From: Cyanophora paradoxa CCMP329
Lineage: Eukaryota > Plantae > Glaucophyta
Length of the DNA stretch: 64,000 bases
Direction: 5' to 3'
NCBI GenBank assembly: GCA_004431415.1
Contig: QPMI01000632.1
Coordinates: forward strand, 124,001-188,000
The translations under genes and the position numbers were made by a program. The notes under the pieces are model-generated. The model did not search any database, was not told the origin of the DNA, and saw nothing but the letters and a program-made list of their open reading frames with translations. Below, in pieces: positions 11,289 to 25,216 of the stretch (its first letter is position 1; each line of letters opens with the position of its first letter).

Positions 11289-14200
11289 CTAGTACCCGCT
11301 GCGGGCTGGCGTAGAGGGGCCCGCGGCCGGCCCCTGGGGGCCCATCACGAGCCTCTTGGGGCCGCGGTCCCCGGGCCCCCGCCTCTCCAGCCACTCGTTC
11401 GCCAAGCCCTTCCCCTCCTCGCCCCCGCCCCCGCCGCCCCCGCCCGCTCCGCCCCGCCCGGGGCCCCGGCCCCGGTCCCGCGGAGGCCTGGGCTCGGAGC
11501 TGGAGCCCGGGCGGCGGGCGTGGCGCGCGGGCGGCCCGGAGGGCTCGCGGGGGCGGACTGCGCCCGCGGGCGGCCGTCTTTGGCCCGCCTGCGCTCCTGG
11601 AGAGCCCTGGCGGCCGCCCCGCGCTCCTCCTGCGCCGCCTTCTCCTGCCGCTCCCGCCACACAGCCACCTCCTCGCCCCGCATCTCCGCCCGCCCCTGCG
11701 CCCGCACGCAGGCCCGCTGAGCGCGCCGGCGGGCCCCGGGGGCGGGGGCGGGCGGGAGGCACCGTGGCCTCGGCGATGAGGCCGACAGCCTCGGCCGAGG
11801 GGGAGACCTGCGGGGGCGCGCCCGCGGCGTCAGAGCGCAGCGAAGCGGCGCCAGTGCGCGCGCGTCTCAGGGTCGGTGGGCGGGGGCGCGCCTTGCAGCC
11901 GAGGGCGCGCCAGTAGAGCGAGTGCATCTCCAGCGCCGCCTCCTCCCGCGACCGCCTCTGCGACTGCGACTGCGGGGGTACGCCTCGCTCGCCCGCGGGT
12001 GGGAGGAGCGAGCGGGCGGGGGGTACGGCGCACGGCGCCGTCGGAGAGGTGCCGGAAGAACTGGAAGTACGTGTTGTGGTCCGGGTACAGGTCGCTCGAG
12101 CGCGGCTGCGGGGGGAGGGTTACGGTTTCGCGGGGACGGGGGCGAGCGCGGGGACGCGGGAGGCGAACCAAGCTCTCCATCTGCTTGAGGGCGGCCCATG
12201 CGTCCTGCTCCCTGCCGCTGCGGGGCGGGCGGCTCGGCCTGGGCTGGGGACAGGCCCGGCCCGGCCCAGCAAAGCGGGCGGACCTCCTGAGGAGGAGCTT
12301 GATCTCCATGTTGGCGAAGGGAAGGCCCCAGTGCCTGCCCCCCCGGCCGCCCTCCCCTCAGCGGAGCGAAGGCAGCCGGCCGGGCGGGCGGGCGGGCAGC
12401 GTGGAGGGGGCGCGGACCCCTCGCGGCGGGCGAGGCGGAGGACCTCGGCGGCCTCCTCGAAGCGCCGCGCCCCGATCAGCGCTGCGTGGTCGGGGTCGGG
12501 AGAGGGACAGGCGGAGGGCGGCTGGGGCGGGCGGGCGGGGGAGGGCGCGGCGCGGGGGCGGGGGCGGGGGCGAGCAAGGCCTAGGAGGAGGGCGGAGGTC
12601 TCCGCGCCTTCCCAACGGAGACGCTGGGGAGGAAGGCGGGGCACCCGGGCGCTAGGGACCCGCTGCGCCCCTCCCGCTCCCCGGGGGGCGGAAAGGGCCG
12701 GGGCGCACCGTCCGCGATCGCGCCGTAGCCGCCGGCGTTCACGCCGTGGGGCACCTGACGGCCCCGGGCCTCTTCAGCAGAGGAAACGGGGGCGCCAGAG
12801 GCGAGAAGGGGCCGTGCCTCGCCGGAGCGGAGGCGGGCGAAGAGCTGTACGGCCTCCGCGAGGGCCGCCCGCGTGTTGAACCGCACCAGCACCTGCACCC
12901 CCCCCAGCTGGTGGGGACGGCACGGGGCGGGACGGGAGGGGAGGGGAGGACCGCCGCGCACGTTGAGGAGGGCGCTGTGGTAGTGCTGGAGCTCCTCTTT
13001 CGAGGCCCCCGCCTCCCCGATCCCCTCCTCCAGCACCGCCCGCGCCCGCCCCAGCCACCCCAGCTGCCGGCCCCCGGCTTAGGGGAGGGGCGGGAGGAGA
13101 GGGCGGAGGGCGTACCCCCGCGAGGTAGGAGACCCAGAGGGACCGGATCGGGCCGGGGAGGCGCCACCCCTGGGGGTACGCCCGTCAGAAGGGGTGGGGG
13201 AAGACGTTCGGGGGTAGGGGCGCGCCTCCTGGGCGCAGCGCTCGAGGACGGCGCCCATGAACGCGTCCACCGCCGCGCCCCGCTGCGTGAAGACCTGCCG
13301 GGGGGGTACGTGAATGCAAGGTCGCGGGGCAGACGGGGGGAGGGGGGGGGGCAGGCGGGGGAGGGGGGTACCTGCCCGCACTTGGCGGCCTCCTTCATGA
13401 TACCGGAGATGACCCCCCAGTCCGCCCCCTCCGCCTGCAGGGGGGATCGCGCCGGAGGGGTACGGGCAGGGCGGCGGGGGGTACACGCGCCTCGAGGAGC
13501 ATGCGGCGGGCGGCGCGGAGGGCGGCGTCCGCCTCCCCCGCGGCGTAGAGCCCCCGCGCGAGGTCCGCCATCACCTGTCCGGGGTCGGGGCGCGTGAGGA
13601 AGACGCAGAGAGCGGGAAAGGAGGAGGAAGGGGGGGGGGGGGGAGGGGGGGGGGAAGGAGGGGGGCCGCGGCTCGCCTTGGCGGCGACGGGGCGGGGGAG
13701 GGCGAGGCAGAGGCCGCCTCGGCGGCGCGCAGGACGGCGTGTGCCTTGTCGGCGAGGCCGGCGCCGGCCAGGCGGCGGGCGACGATGAGGCGCGCCGTGA
13801 CGCGCAGGTCGGCCCCCAGGGGGTCCCCCGGCAGGCCCCGCTCCGCCAGCTCGTCCACTAAGGGCAGGGCGTGCGCCGCCGCCGCCTCCGCGTTCGCCGC
13901 CGCCGTCACCTCGACCGCGTCCACGATCATGCCCCGCACCCGGCCCAGGAGCGTCCCCCGCGCGTCCCCGGGCCGCCGCCGCGCCCAGTGCTTGGGCCGA
14001 AGGCCCGCCGCAGCGCCGCGGCGCGCGCCGCGTCGAGCCGCGCGCCGTCGCCGTCGCCCGCGAGCCGCCGCTCGTCGGCTTGGAGCCGCAGGAGCAGGTC
14101 GGCCGCGACGCTCCGCGCCCGCTCCGCCGCCGCCGCCGCCGCCGGCGGCGGCCTCCCGCGCCGCTCGACGGCGGCCTTGAGCGCGAAGAGGGCGCACATG

Positions 14201-15035
14201 GCGGCGCGGTCGGGCCCGGAGAGGAGCGCGACGGAGTCGAACCAGCGCGCGGCGGCCTCGGCGCGGCCGTCGGCGACGGCGGCCTCGCAGAGGGCGTGGG
14301 CGAGGACGCCGTCGGGGGCGACGCCGGCGGCGGCCGCGCGCTCCGCCAGGCGCTCCGCCTCCTCCCGCGGCCGTCCGCGAGGAGCCGCTGGACGAGGGGC
14401 GTGACGAGGCGCGCGGAGAAGGGCCCGCGGCGCCGCGCCCGGCGAGCTGCAGCGCCGCCTCGGCGAGGGCCTCGGCGGCGGGGAGGTGCCCGGCCCCCGC
14501 CAGGCGCGTCACGACGGCGCAGAGCGCGCGGCACCCGTCCGCGTACTCGCCCAGCTCGGCGTCGCCGCGCATCTGCTTCAGCACCTCCAGCAGCGCTTCC
14601 GGCGAGAGCGCGGCGCCCGCGTCCCTGACCGCGACGTGGAGCAGCTGCGCGGGCGCCCGGGCCGTCGGCGCCGCCCGGGCGGCTCCGAGCCTTCGCGGGC
14701 GCGCACCTTATCGATCCAGAAGGCCATGCGGACCTCCTTCGCCCGCGGGCCGCCAGGGCCCTGCGGCTCGCTGTGCACCCAGCGCGCCCCCGCCGCCCAT
14801 CGCCCCCGCTCGAGCGCCCGGGCGAGAGGCAAGCCTGCGGGAGCGAATGAGCCGCGCACGGCGATGGCCCGCGTCGCGTGTCGTCCCGCTGACCGTGCGG
14901 GCGTGCGAAGCGGAGTCCGACGGTCGCCGAGGGACGCAGGCTGGGCCGTAACTGTGATGCTATGCGAGTGTGCGCCGCTATCCGAGTGTGCGCTGCAGCC
15001 GCGAGGAGGGATGTGCTATGCAAGGCGCCCCGCAT
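11289..15035 (-). CDS. PPR-like helical-repeat protein with probable mitochondrial targeting peptide; multi-exon
   Basis: The N-terminus MRGALHSTSLLAAAAHTRIAAHTRIASQLRPSLR...ARWVHS is R/S/A-rich. PPR-like motifs: GVAPDGVLAHALCEAAVADGRAEAAARWFDSV, HAALIGARRFEEAAEVLRLARREG, DAWAALKQMESL...LYPDHNTYFQFF. Stop at 11289-11291. Confidence 0.55.
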
Positions 15036-15613
15036 GCTGGCCAGCGCCGGTACCACCGCGCTCAGGTACCACGCATGCCCACAGCGCTCGCTGGCTACGA
15101 TCGGTGCCGCTCGGATCGTGTGGGCTGGCGGGCTGCTTGCGGCGATGTACCCCCGTATTCTTTTTTTCACGATGAACTCCAGCGCCAGCCCCAGCGCCCC
15201 CGCCAGCGCTCCAGCCCGCGTCCCCACGAGCGCAGGCGCCGCAGGGTGCGTCAGCGCCGTCAGGCTCGCCGGGAACGCGGTCCCCCGGACGTTTCGGCGT
15301 TCCTGTGTAATGCCCTGCGCGCAGCGTCTCTGCGGCTTCTCGCGGCGACCCACCGCCCTCGGCGCGTGCGTTTGATCGCCAGCAGCCCCCGGCCCGGCGC
15401 GACAGCAGCGCGAAAAACCAGCCCAAATCGCCTCCCGGGGGCGCGAAAATCGATGCCGACGCGCGGCGTGGATCAACAGCGCGGCGCCTGTCCGGAAACA
15501 TTTTGGAGGCGAACTCCTCGGTCTCCGTCCGCCGCCTGAGCGCTGCTGAAGGCGCCGATCAGCAGGCCGTGCGCGCGCGACCTTGGCATGAATTTCTAGA
15601 TCTGCATCGCCCG

Positions 15614-16392
15614 ATGCCATCTGACATTTCCTCGTCGTCCTCCGTCCTGCAGGCCCATCGAACACAGGCCCACGCGCCTCGAGCTCGCCCCGCTCGCCGC
15701 ATGTACAGCATGGTAAGCCAATATTAATGGGAAGCGCTTCGGCCGCAGTGTTATGGCAGGCCGTGAAATCCCCTTTTTCGCCAGGGGCTGGTGGCCGAGT
15801 CTGCGGCTCTGATGTCCGAGGCCGAGGCCTCCGCCGCGTGCGCTCATCTGGAGGCTGCCGGCGACCCGCTCGCCGCCGTCCTCTGCCGCGCGCTCCGCGA
15901 CTCGGCCTTCTCCGCGAATCCGGTGCGGGAACCGAATTTCGAATTCGAAGCTCAAGATTGAAGAATCCTGTTAGAAAATTTGCGACTGATCCTGCGCGCG
16001 CGGGGTCGCCGGCCGCGGCGGCAGTGCTCGGCGGCGGAGGTGCGGGCGTGGGTGGAGGAGGCGTCGCTGGCGCGGGACGCGGCGGAGCTCGAGGAGACGT
16101 GCGCGGCACTCGAGGCCTGCGGCCGGCCCTGGGCCGCGGCCGCGGGCCGGCACGCCTTCGCCGCCGCCTGCCGCCTCGACCAGCGCGCCGCCGCAGCCGC
16201 CCGCCGCGCCCCCGCCGCCGCGTCCCGAATCCGGACGGGCTCCTGCCCACCCCCGCGCAGCCCACTGCAGTTGCGCATGCACCGGCGCCAGCACCCGCCC
16301 CGCGCGCGAAGCCGACGCGCCCGTACCGCCCTCCCGGCGGCCCGCTGCATGGCCCGGCCGTGGTGCTCCGCGGCGGCCCCGAGGAGGAGTAG
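15614..16392 (+). CDS. Hypothetical protein (multi-exon, Ala-rich helical; 3' end uncertain)
   Basis: In-frame GT-AG splicing gives MPSDISSS...RMYSM|GLVAESAALMSEAE...DSAFSANP|CSAAEVRAWVEEASLARDAAELEETCAALEACG. Confidence 0.35.
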
Positions 16393-16468
16393 CTATGCAT
16401 ATGTAGGAAGCAGCGTGTGTCGATTCGCTATTGCAAAGCAGAGAAACCTAATTGTAAAATCCGGGGGC

Positions 16469-18411
16469 TCAGTGGGCGGCGGCGGCGGAGAGCCAGCCGC
16501 CGATCTTCGCCGCGGCGGCCTGCACGAGGCGCCGCGGCGTGGCCCCGATGCCCTCCTCCGTCACCACGATCCGCGGCGCCGCGGCGCCCGAGGCCTGGCC
16601 GGAGGATGAGGAGGAGGAGGGGGCGCCGGCGGCCCGCTGCTGCGCGGAGTGCGGTGAGAAGAGGACGGGGAGAGCGCTGGCCGGGGCCCGGGGGGCGCAC
16701 GAGCTGGGCCTGGAGGCCGGAGACTTGCTCCTGGAGGGAGCGCAGGCGGGCGGCGAGCAGCTCCGCCGAGGGGTTGCCCGCCCCCGCCAGCACCAGGCCC
16801 GGGTCCGACTCGGCCGGCGTCCCCAGCGCCGACGCCGACGGGCCCACCGACGTCGCCAGGCTCCCCACCGAGTCCCGCGCCTGCCGCCCCGATCCCGTTT
16901 GAAGGGGGGGGCGAGCCCGGGAGGGGTACGCGAGGGGTACGCGCGCGCACGTCGCGGGGGGCGGCGGAGGGGGCGGAGCTCGAGAAGGAGAGGCGCCCCG
17001 CGGCCGAACCGAACGAGGCCCGCCTGCGGGGGTACGGGTTCGTTTAAGAGGCGGAGAGGGCGGGGGTACAGGGCGCTTACGCGGCGGAAGCAGAGGGAAG
17101 GGGAGGGCGGCCCGAGGCGGAGCTCGAGGGACCGGCGGCGGCGGCGGCGGCGGCGGCGGCGCGGGAGCGGACGGAGATGTCCATGGGGGTACCGGAGGGC
17201 AGGGCGGGGGCCGGCGTGCCGGCGGCCTGCGCCGGCGCTCGGGAGCGGGAGGGGGGAGGGCGGAAAGGGCCCGCGGGGATCCGTACCCGGAGGCGCTCGC
17301 GGCGCTCGAGGGACTCGATCGCGTCGTGGACGGTGCCTGCGGGACGGGGCGCCGGGAGTGAGGGGTACGGCGTCGCGAGGGGCTGGGCGGGGGTGCGGGG
17401 CGCACAGATGAGGCCGCCGATCTCCTCGGAGGCGCTGATGCGCATGGCGGCCTGGTACCGGGTCTCCACGCGGATCTGGAGGAGCTGCGCATGCAGGGGC
17501 GCGGGTTCGACTCCGGGCGGGGGCTTTGAGCGGGGGCCCGGACCTGCGTGTCGGCGCGGCCGAGGCGGGCGAGGAGGGCGCGCAGGTCGTCGGCGGTGGG
17601 CGCGTGCGCGCCGGCGGAGATCTCCCGCAGCGCCTTGGTCGTCTCCTGGATCAGCTCGCTCGCGTAGCTGCGCGGGGCGCGCGTCGACGGGGGCGGAGGC
17701 AGCGCGGGGCGGGGCGGGGCGGGGCGCACAGGACGGTGTCCATGGGGGAGAGGCCGGCGGCGGGGGGGTCGGAGAGGCGGGCGGGGCGCTTGCGGCGGAT
17801 CGGGAGCGTCTCGCTGATGGTCGGCGAGGGCACCGCGACCCGCGAGAGCTGCTGCGCGGGGGCGGCCGGCACCGCGATCGCGAGCGAGGCGGCCGCCGCG
17901 GCGGCGGCGAGGGCGGAGGACGGGCCGGCCGGGGCGGGCTTCAGGGCGCCCCGGAGCGGCTGCCGGGCGCCGCGCTGCTGGGCGGACAGGGCCTCCGGCA
18001 CGCGCGCCTGCGGGACGACGAATTCGATCGCGCTGGAGGCGGCGGGGCGGGTCGCTGCCGCCGGCTGCGGGGCCAAGCTGACGGCCGCCGGCTTGACGGG
18101 GAGGGGCTTCACGACGCGGGACTGGACCGGTGCCGGCTGCTTAAAAACGGCCGGGCGGATCGTAACCGCAGCCGGGGCAACGAAGGCGGGCGCCTGGCCC
18201 ATGGGAGCACAGACCGCGCCGACCGCGGCCGAGGCCGGCGAGGGATACGGGTTGAAACGGCCGCTCCTGCGCTTGGCCACGACCCTCTCATTGCTGCGTG
18301 GCGCGTCAGGCACCGCGGCAGTAGCGGGATAGCAGCTCGGACGCACCGGCGCGGGAGGATGCTAGTGAGGACGCCGGAGACCGCAGCCGCGGCGGATGCG
18401 AAGAGATTCAT
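16469..18411 (-). CDS. Hypothetical Pro/Ala-rich protein with short coiled coils; multi-exon
   Basis: Reads MNLFASAAAAVSGVLTSILPR|NERVVAKRRSGRFNPYP...SYASELIQETTKALREISAG...LLAARLRSLQEQVSGLQAQL...KIGGWLSAAAAH*. Head-to-head with DUF1917 copy 1 (ATGs about 130 bp apart). Confidence 0.5.
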
Positions 18412-18540
18412 CTTCCAGAGCGAGGCTAGCTAGCCAGCGGCAAGCGATCGTCGAGGCGAGAAGTTCAACGGTCGGGCAGAGAAAAACACAGGAAATTGCG
18501 TACCCGGTTTAGAGTCGCTCAAAACCAGCCCACACGCTCG

Positions 18541-21500
18541 ATGGACGATATCTTCAGCATCTTTCTTAGCAGTAGGAGAAAGCGCGCCCGAGACGAAGAG
18601 CCCCCGCCAGCGCAGCCGCGGCCTGCGCAGGCCCCTCGCGCTCCAGAGCAGCCGGCCGCATCGCGCATCGTCGAGCAAGAACAGGAGCCCGCGGCAAAGC
18701 GCTCGATCGGCGACTACCTCGCAGCGCGCAGAAGTTCGAGCGCCCCGACGCCGATCGCATCGTGCGCCGCGCCCGCGCTCTTTCTTCCTGCGCGTACGCG
18801 CTTCTCTGAGTCAGCTTCTGCAGCGAGAATGCCGTCGTCGAGGCGGCGCTTGAAGCGACGTCCCCATTTAAGGCAGCTTCAGGGCGCACAGCTGCAGCTG
18901 CCCGTACCATGCATATGGCAACCTCCCTGGGATCAAATTCGCATTCTTCTGCTGAGGCGCGCGCCGGATCATGCTCGAGCACGAGCGCGCCCTCCCGCTG
19001 CAGCTCTCCTCGGCAGCCGCCCGGCCTCGCCAGCCCCGTTGCTGGCTCGCAGCCCGCCCCGGGCGCCGGCGCGAGCTCGAATATCCAGCGGGCCCTCGCG
19101 ATCGCCGGCCCCGAGCGCGCCCTGAGCGCCGAGCGGCGCCGCGCCGCGGCCGCAGACGTGCTGCGAGAAGTCCTCGCGCCGCGGGCACCCGGGCCGTTGC
19201 CCCTGCCGCTCTCCGAGCGCGCCGGCGCAGACGGCTCCCACCCCGCACCCGCGGCGGCGGGCAACAGCAGCGCGCCGAATTCGAAGCCGGCGAAGGAGAA
19301 GGGTGCAGTCAGCAGCGGCGGCGGCGGCTGGGCGAGTTCGAGGCCTCCGGATCCGCCGGAGGGCGCTGCGATTGCGAGCTGGAGCGACGACGACGACGAG
19401 GAGGAGGACGCGGAGGGGAGCGACGAGGCCCGCCCGCCCGCCCGCCCGCCGGCCGCCGCTCGCGCCCCCTGCGGCTGACGCTGCGCAGGGGCCGGATCCG
19501 GAGCGGGTGCTGGCGGAGATCGAGGAGGAGATTGAGGCGGAGATCGCGGCGGCCGGTTTGGGGGCGCCGGCCCCGCGGGGAGACGGCCGCTTCGGGTCCT
19601 GCGCGCGCCTCGGCACCGTGCGCGCCCCCTCCTCTGGAACCAAAACCCTTTCTGAACCAGGGCCCAGGCGCCGCCGCCGGCGGGGGCGCCGCGGGAGCCG
19701 CTGGAGCCGGGGCCCGGCCCTGGGGCCGGCCCGGCGGCCCCGTCCTCACCCGCCGCTCCGCGGGCCCCTCCCGCACGGGCCTTCTGAAGGCGGTGCCGCC
19801 GCCTCGGCGGCGGCGGTCGCTGACGAGCTGCTGGCGGGCGGGGCGGGGGCGCGGCCCACGCGGACGCGTACGCCCCGCGCGCCCCGCGACCGCTCCCCCG
19901 CCGAGGCCCGCCGCGCCCCTCTCTCGGAGCGGCCGCAGGCGGCGATCGCAGGCTCCGCGGCGGGCTCGGCCTCGGGCCCCGCCTCGCTCCCGCCGCTGCC
20001 CCTCGCTCCGAGCTCGAGCGCGGCGCCGGGGACGGGGACGGGGCCCGCGGCGGCGGCCAGGACGCCTCCCTCGGCGGAGCGCGGCGCTGCGCTCCTCGGG
20101 CGCATCGCCGCCGCCCTCGGGCAGCCCCTCCGCGAGGCACGCGCCCCGCCCGCCGCCCCGCCCCGCCCCGTCGCCCTCGTGGTGATCGGCGTCCTTGCAG
20201 GTGGCGGCGGAGATGCGGGCGTGCGGCCCCGAGCGCCGCAGAGAGCTGCTGACCCTTGCCCGCTGCCCCTCGGGCCCCTCCGGCGCTCCCCAAGCGGCCG
20301 CGGGGCCGGGGCCGGCCCGGGCCGCGGCGGCCGCGGCCGCCGACAGCCCGATCGTGATCGACAGCGACGTGGAAGAGGGCGAAGAGATAGAAGGCGGGCG
20401 GGAGCCGAGCGGGCGCTGCCAAGGGGACAGAGAAGAAGAGCCGCGGCCGTGGGAGCCGGAGCCGGACGGGCTCGTCATGTTCCGCGTGCCGCCCGGCGGG
20501 GGCGCGGGGGACCCCGACGCGCGGGGCCGCTCCCTGGCGGACTTTCTCGCCCGCAACCGCCCCTCGCGCCTCACGCAGGCCTACGCCCACTGGATCTACG
20601 TGCGTGCGCCCCGCCTCGCGGCCGGTTCGCGTTTGGCCGAGGCCTGGCGGCAGGTGCATCGGATGGACGCGCGGAGGGGGGAGGGCGAGCCCGAGCTCCG
20701 CCTCAAGATCCAGATCGCAGAGGCCGAGTTCGAGGCCATGTGCGCCGCCGGGTGCGCGCGCGCTCGCGGCTCCCCCCGGATCCAGAGACTTCCCACGGAA
20801 GCGCGCCGGGGCGCGCCGGGGCGCGCCGGGGGGCGCAGGGCGGTGGCGGTGGAGGGGCTGAAGGGGCTGGCGGCCTTCTCGGGCCTCCGCACCGGCAAGT
20901 GGGTCATCTGGGCCCCCACCCGCTACGCGCGCCCCGCCCCCCGCCCATCCGCCCTCCCCCGCCCCGGGCGCGGGGCGCCCTGATAGCCGAGGCCGGCGGC
21001 CGGCGCTGGCGCCCTCGCAGATTGACGATAACTGGGAGAGGGTGGCGGGGGCGGTGGCCCGGGGCGAGCTCGGCCCGTCCGCCAAGGTCGCCCCGCGCCC
21101 CGCCGACGGCCAGACGCCGCGTGCGTCGGAGCCCAGGCCCCGCCCTGGGCCTCCCGCCGCCGGTTGCTGACCGCGCCCGGCCGGCCCGGCCCGGCCCTAG
21201 GGTACCACGCGCACGTGATTTGCGTCTACACGCCCGACCTCTTCGACGAGGCCGAGGTCCTCCGCGTCCGCGAGGCGCGCGCGCCCTGGCCCGCCGCCCC
21301 GCCCCGCCCCGCCCTGGCTTGCTTGCTTGACGGGGGCGCCCGGGGTGCCGGTCCGCCGCGTGTGTGTGCGCGCAGGCCCTCCGCGCCCTCGGCTTCCAGA
21401 GGAAGCTCGTGTACAAGGCGCGCCCCGCCCCTGGGCCTGCGCCTGGGCCTTAAGCTTTTGCACTCCCGCCTGCCACACAAATAGCCGACCCGATCCCTGC

Positions 21501-21718
21501 CCCAGCTGACGTCGACCGATCCCCTACTCCGTCTGCCACACACATAGCTGACCCGACCCCTGCCCCAGCCCCCTCCCTTATATTCTAAAACGCGTACCCC
21601 GCATCCGGATCCCCTTCCGTCAAATTTAACCTGTACCCCGCAGCCGGACCTGTACAACTACCTGGACATCGAGCGGGGCAACCGCTGGGGGATCCCCATG
21701 GCGATATACTCCCTCTAA
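18541..21718 (+). CDS. DUF1917/UPF0696 (C11orf68/Bles03-like, eIF4E-like fold) protein with long low-complexity N-terminus, copy 1; multi-exon
   Basis: Family motifs: DFLARNRPSRL...HWIYV, GLRTGKWVIWAPTRY|IDDNWERVAGAVARGELGPSAKVAP, HVICVYTPDLFDEAEVLRVRE, LGFQRKLVYK|PDLYNYLDIERGNRWGIPMAIYSL*. Confidence 0.8.
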
Positions 21719-21964
21719 TTTTGAATCGGCCCAACTTCCCGCCCAATTGCAACCGGCAAGTCTCTAGCCCATAGCCTAGTAGTACTACGGTAGCTAGAAG
21801 CTCTGCCAAAGGAACTCCCGTTTGTGGCTCGAGCTCTTCTTCTTGTCGTTTTTCGATTAGTGCTCTCAAGCTTGTCCTCCTTATTATATATATACTTCGT
21901 ATTTTACCGTCGGTGACATTGTACCACGTGCACCGTCGCAGCTCGTGCTTTCGAATCATTGAAT

Positions 21965-24900
21965 TCACTGGCCGTGTGCGCCTCCCGCGCGGCCCGGCGT
22001 CGGTGCCGGCCACGCCGCCCTCGCCGCCTCCCCAGCAGTGCCTAGAACGGCGGGGAGTCTGGCAGAGACGGCGCCCGTGCTGGCGCCTAGCGGAAACGTC
22101 GATGTCGAAAAGGGCTCAACGGGCGTCTCCTCGGGCTCTTCACCGCCGCCCATGAAGCCCCCGATGGCCTTCTTCAGACTTTTGCCTTTTGCCGCCGCAT
22201 GTACAGCCGCCGCCGTCGAGGCGGCCCCCTCCACCAGCTCCCCGGCCGGTCCCATCACGTGCCTCGCCGCAACTGACGCGCCTGCTCGCACAACCTGCGC
22301 GCGCCTCTCAGTCAGTTACAAAATGACGGGGCCCCTTCACCGCGACGGCGGTACGGTCGCGCCTCGGAGGCCACCCGAGTGGAGGCGCCGCGGGGCGCGG
22401 GGCCGACTTTCTCCGCGTCGAAGGCTCGCAGCGCCTCCTCCATTGCTACGTGGATGGCCTGCACGAGTGTGATACACGGGCCGGGGGAACGGGGAGGGGG
22501 CGGGGGGAAGGGGGAAGAAGAGGGGGAAGAGGGGGGGAAGGGGGGGAGGGAAGGGAAGGGGGGGGAGGGGGAAGGGGACGCGGCCACGCGCGTGCGCACC
22601 GCGGCGAGCGGATCGTCGCCGCTCTGGTGCAGCTGCAGATTTCCCTCCACCAGCATCACAGAGAAGGTCTGCCCCATCTCTGAGCGGCGGCGGATCCGGA
22701 GGGGCGCTCACGGTTCGATCGGCGGGTCGCGCGCGCCTGGTCGATCATCTGCAGCCGCCTGCGTGTTGACATGAGGGTTTTCAGTGCCCGCGGAGATCGA
22801 CACAGAGGGCGGCGACGTCGACCTGAGGTACGCGTTGAAGACGACCTTGAGGCGCATCATGCTCCGCGAGGCCTGCTGCACCTGCTCCCGCGGCTTTGCC
22901 TGCCCGGTGCCGGTACCGGTGCCGCATCAGCGGAGCAAGCGCCAGCGCCGGGCGAGGGCGGCGGCTGCGCGCAATGAGGGTGCTGTAGATGATGGAGAGG
23001 ACCCCGGCACCGCCCGTCGCCCCTGGCCCAAGGTTAGCGACGCCGCCGGCGCCTCGCGCGCGCGAGGGCACCGGCGCCAGCAAGGGAGGAGAGGTCGTCG
23101 CGGCGGGCGACGAGGAGGTAGAGAGCCGTCGGGATGAGCGCGAGGCCGAGAAGGAAGACGAGCACGTCCATCGCCAGGGAGATCAGGAGGCCCCAGCGCG
23201 CCTCGCCTGGCCATGGCATACGCCGGCTCGCGATCGCGGCAACCGGGGACAGGGCGCGAGGCGGGCCGGGGCGGTGCACGCACTGACGTTGCGGTCGAAG
23301 GTCTGCTGAACCTGGTCACTGGCCGCCTGCATGAGCTTCTCGTAGCGGTTGGCATTGTTCTGGCGGGCCGCCAGTTTCCTGAACGCCGTCTCGCCGCCCG
23401 CCTCCATCATCAGCCGCCGCGCTGTGTCCTGCAGCGCCGCGCTCGCTGCGTCTATCTGCACGCCCCCCCCTGCGAAAGTGCCGGTCCATCCGACTCAGTG
23501 ACTCGGGGCGGTTCGGGCCGCGAACGCAAAAGGACTTGCCGCTCGACATGATGTTCTCAAGCTCGACAATGATCATGTCCCGGACCGGCGCGCTGAAAAA
23601 CCGCAACGCGAGGCCGAAGTGGTCCGCCATAGTGGTCGCATTGCCCGACACGCTCACCGCCTGCGAGAAATCGCGACCGAATGTATGCGAGGGGAGTACT
23701 AGTCTCGATCGATTGCGAGCTGCAGCTGCCGCAAGAACGGAAGCGTGCCTGGAAGTGGTCTTGAGCCTCGTGGACGATTCGCATGACGGCGGAGGAGAGC
23801 TGCACTGGCTGCCAAGCGGGCGGGTGGGCGGGCCGGCGGGCAGGTGGAGTTCAAGATCTAAAGTGGAGCAGCATCGACAAAGGAAAAGGGGCGCACCACG
23901 CGGCCGTCGCGGCCGGGTTTGGTGAGGTGCTCGATGGCAAACACGGCCTGCCTCACGACGCTGTTGCTCAGATCTTTCAAGACCAGCTACGTATCGATAT
24001 CCGTGGGACCGTGTACGCGTACGGTTGTGGGACCGCGCAAATGCATATGACAAGTCAGATCCGGAATTCGAATGTTTTGACATTAAACGTTGTTTTGGTG
24101 GCGGGTGGACGGGAGTGACCTCAATACTGTCCCCGCACCGCAACACGCCGAGTAGCTTGAGGCACAGTCTGTACATGTGACCGCAATATTTAATTATAAC
24201 GACGTGGATTTCGCGATTCGCCATTGGCGATTGCACGGCCTGGGGCGGGGCGGGCGCACGCATGGATGTCGTAGAACTTTGGCACGACGCGGCACACGTC
24301 GACGATGCGGCTCACGGTGCGCTCGACCTGCCCGCGAGGGTGAGCGTCTTCTGGAGCCCGCTGCGCAGCTCGCGATCGCGATCGGGCAAGTGGAGAGCCA
24401 ACCTCGCGCGTGAAAGACCAGAAGTCCTCCAGCGCGAACTCGTCGTTCTGACTCTCCCGCATCCCCTGCACCTGTGCACGCGAAGCCCCCCACGCGTGAT
24501 CCCCCCGGTCGACGGGCCCGGGGGCCGGGGCCGCGGCGCGGGCAGCAGGAACCTTGAGCATAACCCGGAGAGCGTCATATGTGTGCTCGCCGATCACCGG
24601 CCGCTTCAGAATGCGCAGCACTTGGCTGCGGCGCCGGCCCCGGCTTGCAAACATGTACAGAGAGATCTAGACGCAGCGGTCGTGCTTTGTCGGCCCCGGC
24701 GGGTGCGTACTTTGTGATGATGGAAGCGACGGGGACGGTGCGGAGGGCGCGCAAGGCTGCCCACTCGCGCTTTTGCGCCGCCTGCTTCTCGGGTGTGAAG
24801 TCATCTGCGCGGCCTTCGCTGGCGAAGCACGGACTTCGTAACTGCACGCGCTAAAGGCAGAGCGCACTCGGATCGGGTTGGTCGGGGTTCGACGGGGCGA

Positions 24901-25216
24901 CCCAGCCCTCAAGGGCGTCGTGCAGGGCGGCGAGGTGCTCCGCCCTCTCAGCTACGCTGCCATCGCGCGCGCTCACCAGCACCCTGCGAGTCCGTCGCCG
25001 GCGGCGGGCCATCGAAGTGTCGAAGGGGGACGCACGCGTGGGCGAAGAAGGAGAGAAGGGGGTCGGGGTCCTCGACGGCGCGGCGGGAGAACTCGAGCAG
25101 GAGGGACGCGGCGGGGCGGCGTGCGCCGTCCGCGCCAGGTAGAGACCCTCCAGCACGTAGTGCCTGCCGCGCCGCGAAGAAAGGGGAATTCGAAGGCGGC
25201 GGGACGGGCTCATCAT
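21965..25216 (-). CDS. Large hypothetical multi-exon protein with a predicted hydrophobic segment; boundaries approximate
   Basis: A series of spliceable coding-like exons, e.g. VQGMRESQNDEFALEDFWSFTRE, VERTVSRIVDVCRVVPKFYDIH, DHFGLALRFFSAPVRDMIIVELENIMS, WGLLISLAMDVLVFLLGLALIPTALYLLV. No family recognised. Confidence 0.45.

Noticed and set aside
13395-16400. 1001-aa minus-strand ORF, and similar very long Arg/Pro/Gly/Ala ORFs (18566-21085, 34513-36891, 55920-58172)
   Set aside because: Stop-codon scarcity in very high GC DNA; the real genes are spliced in other frames.
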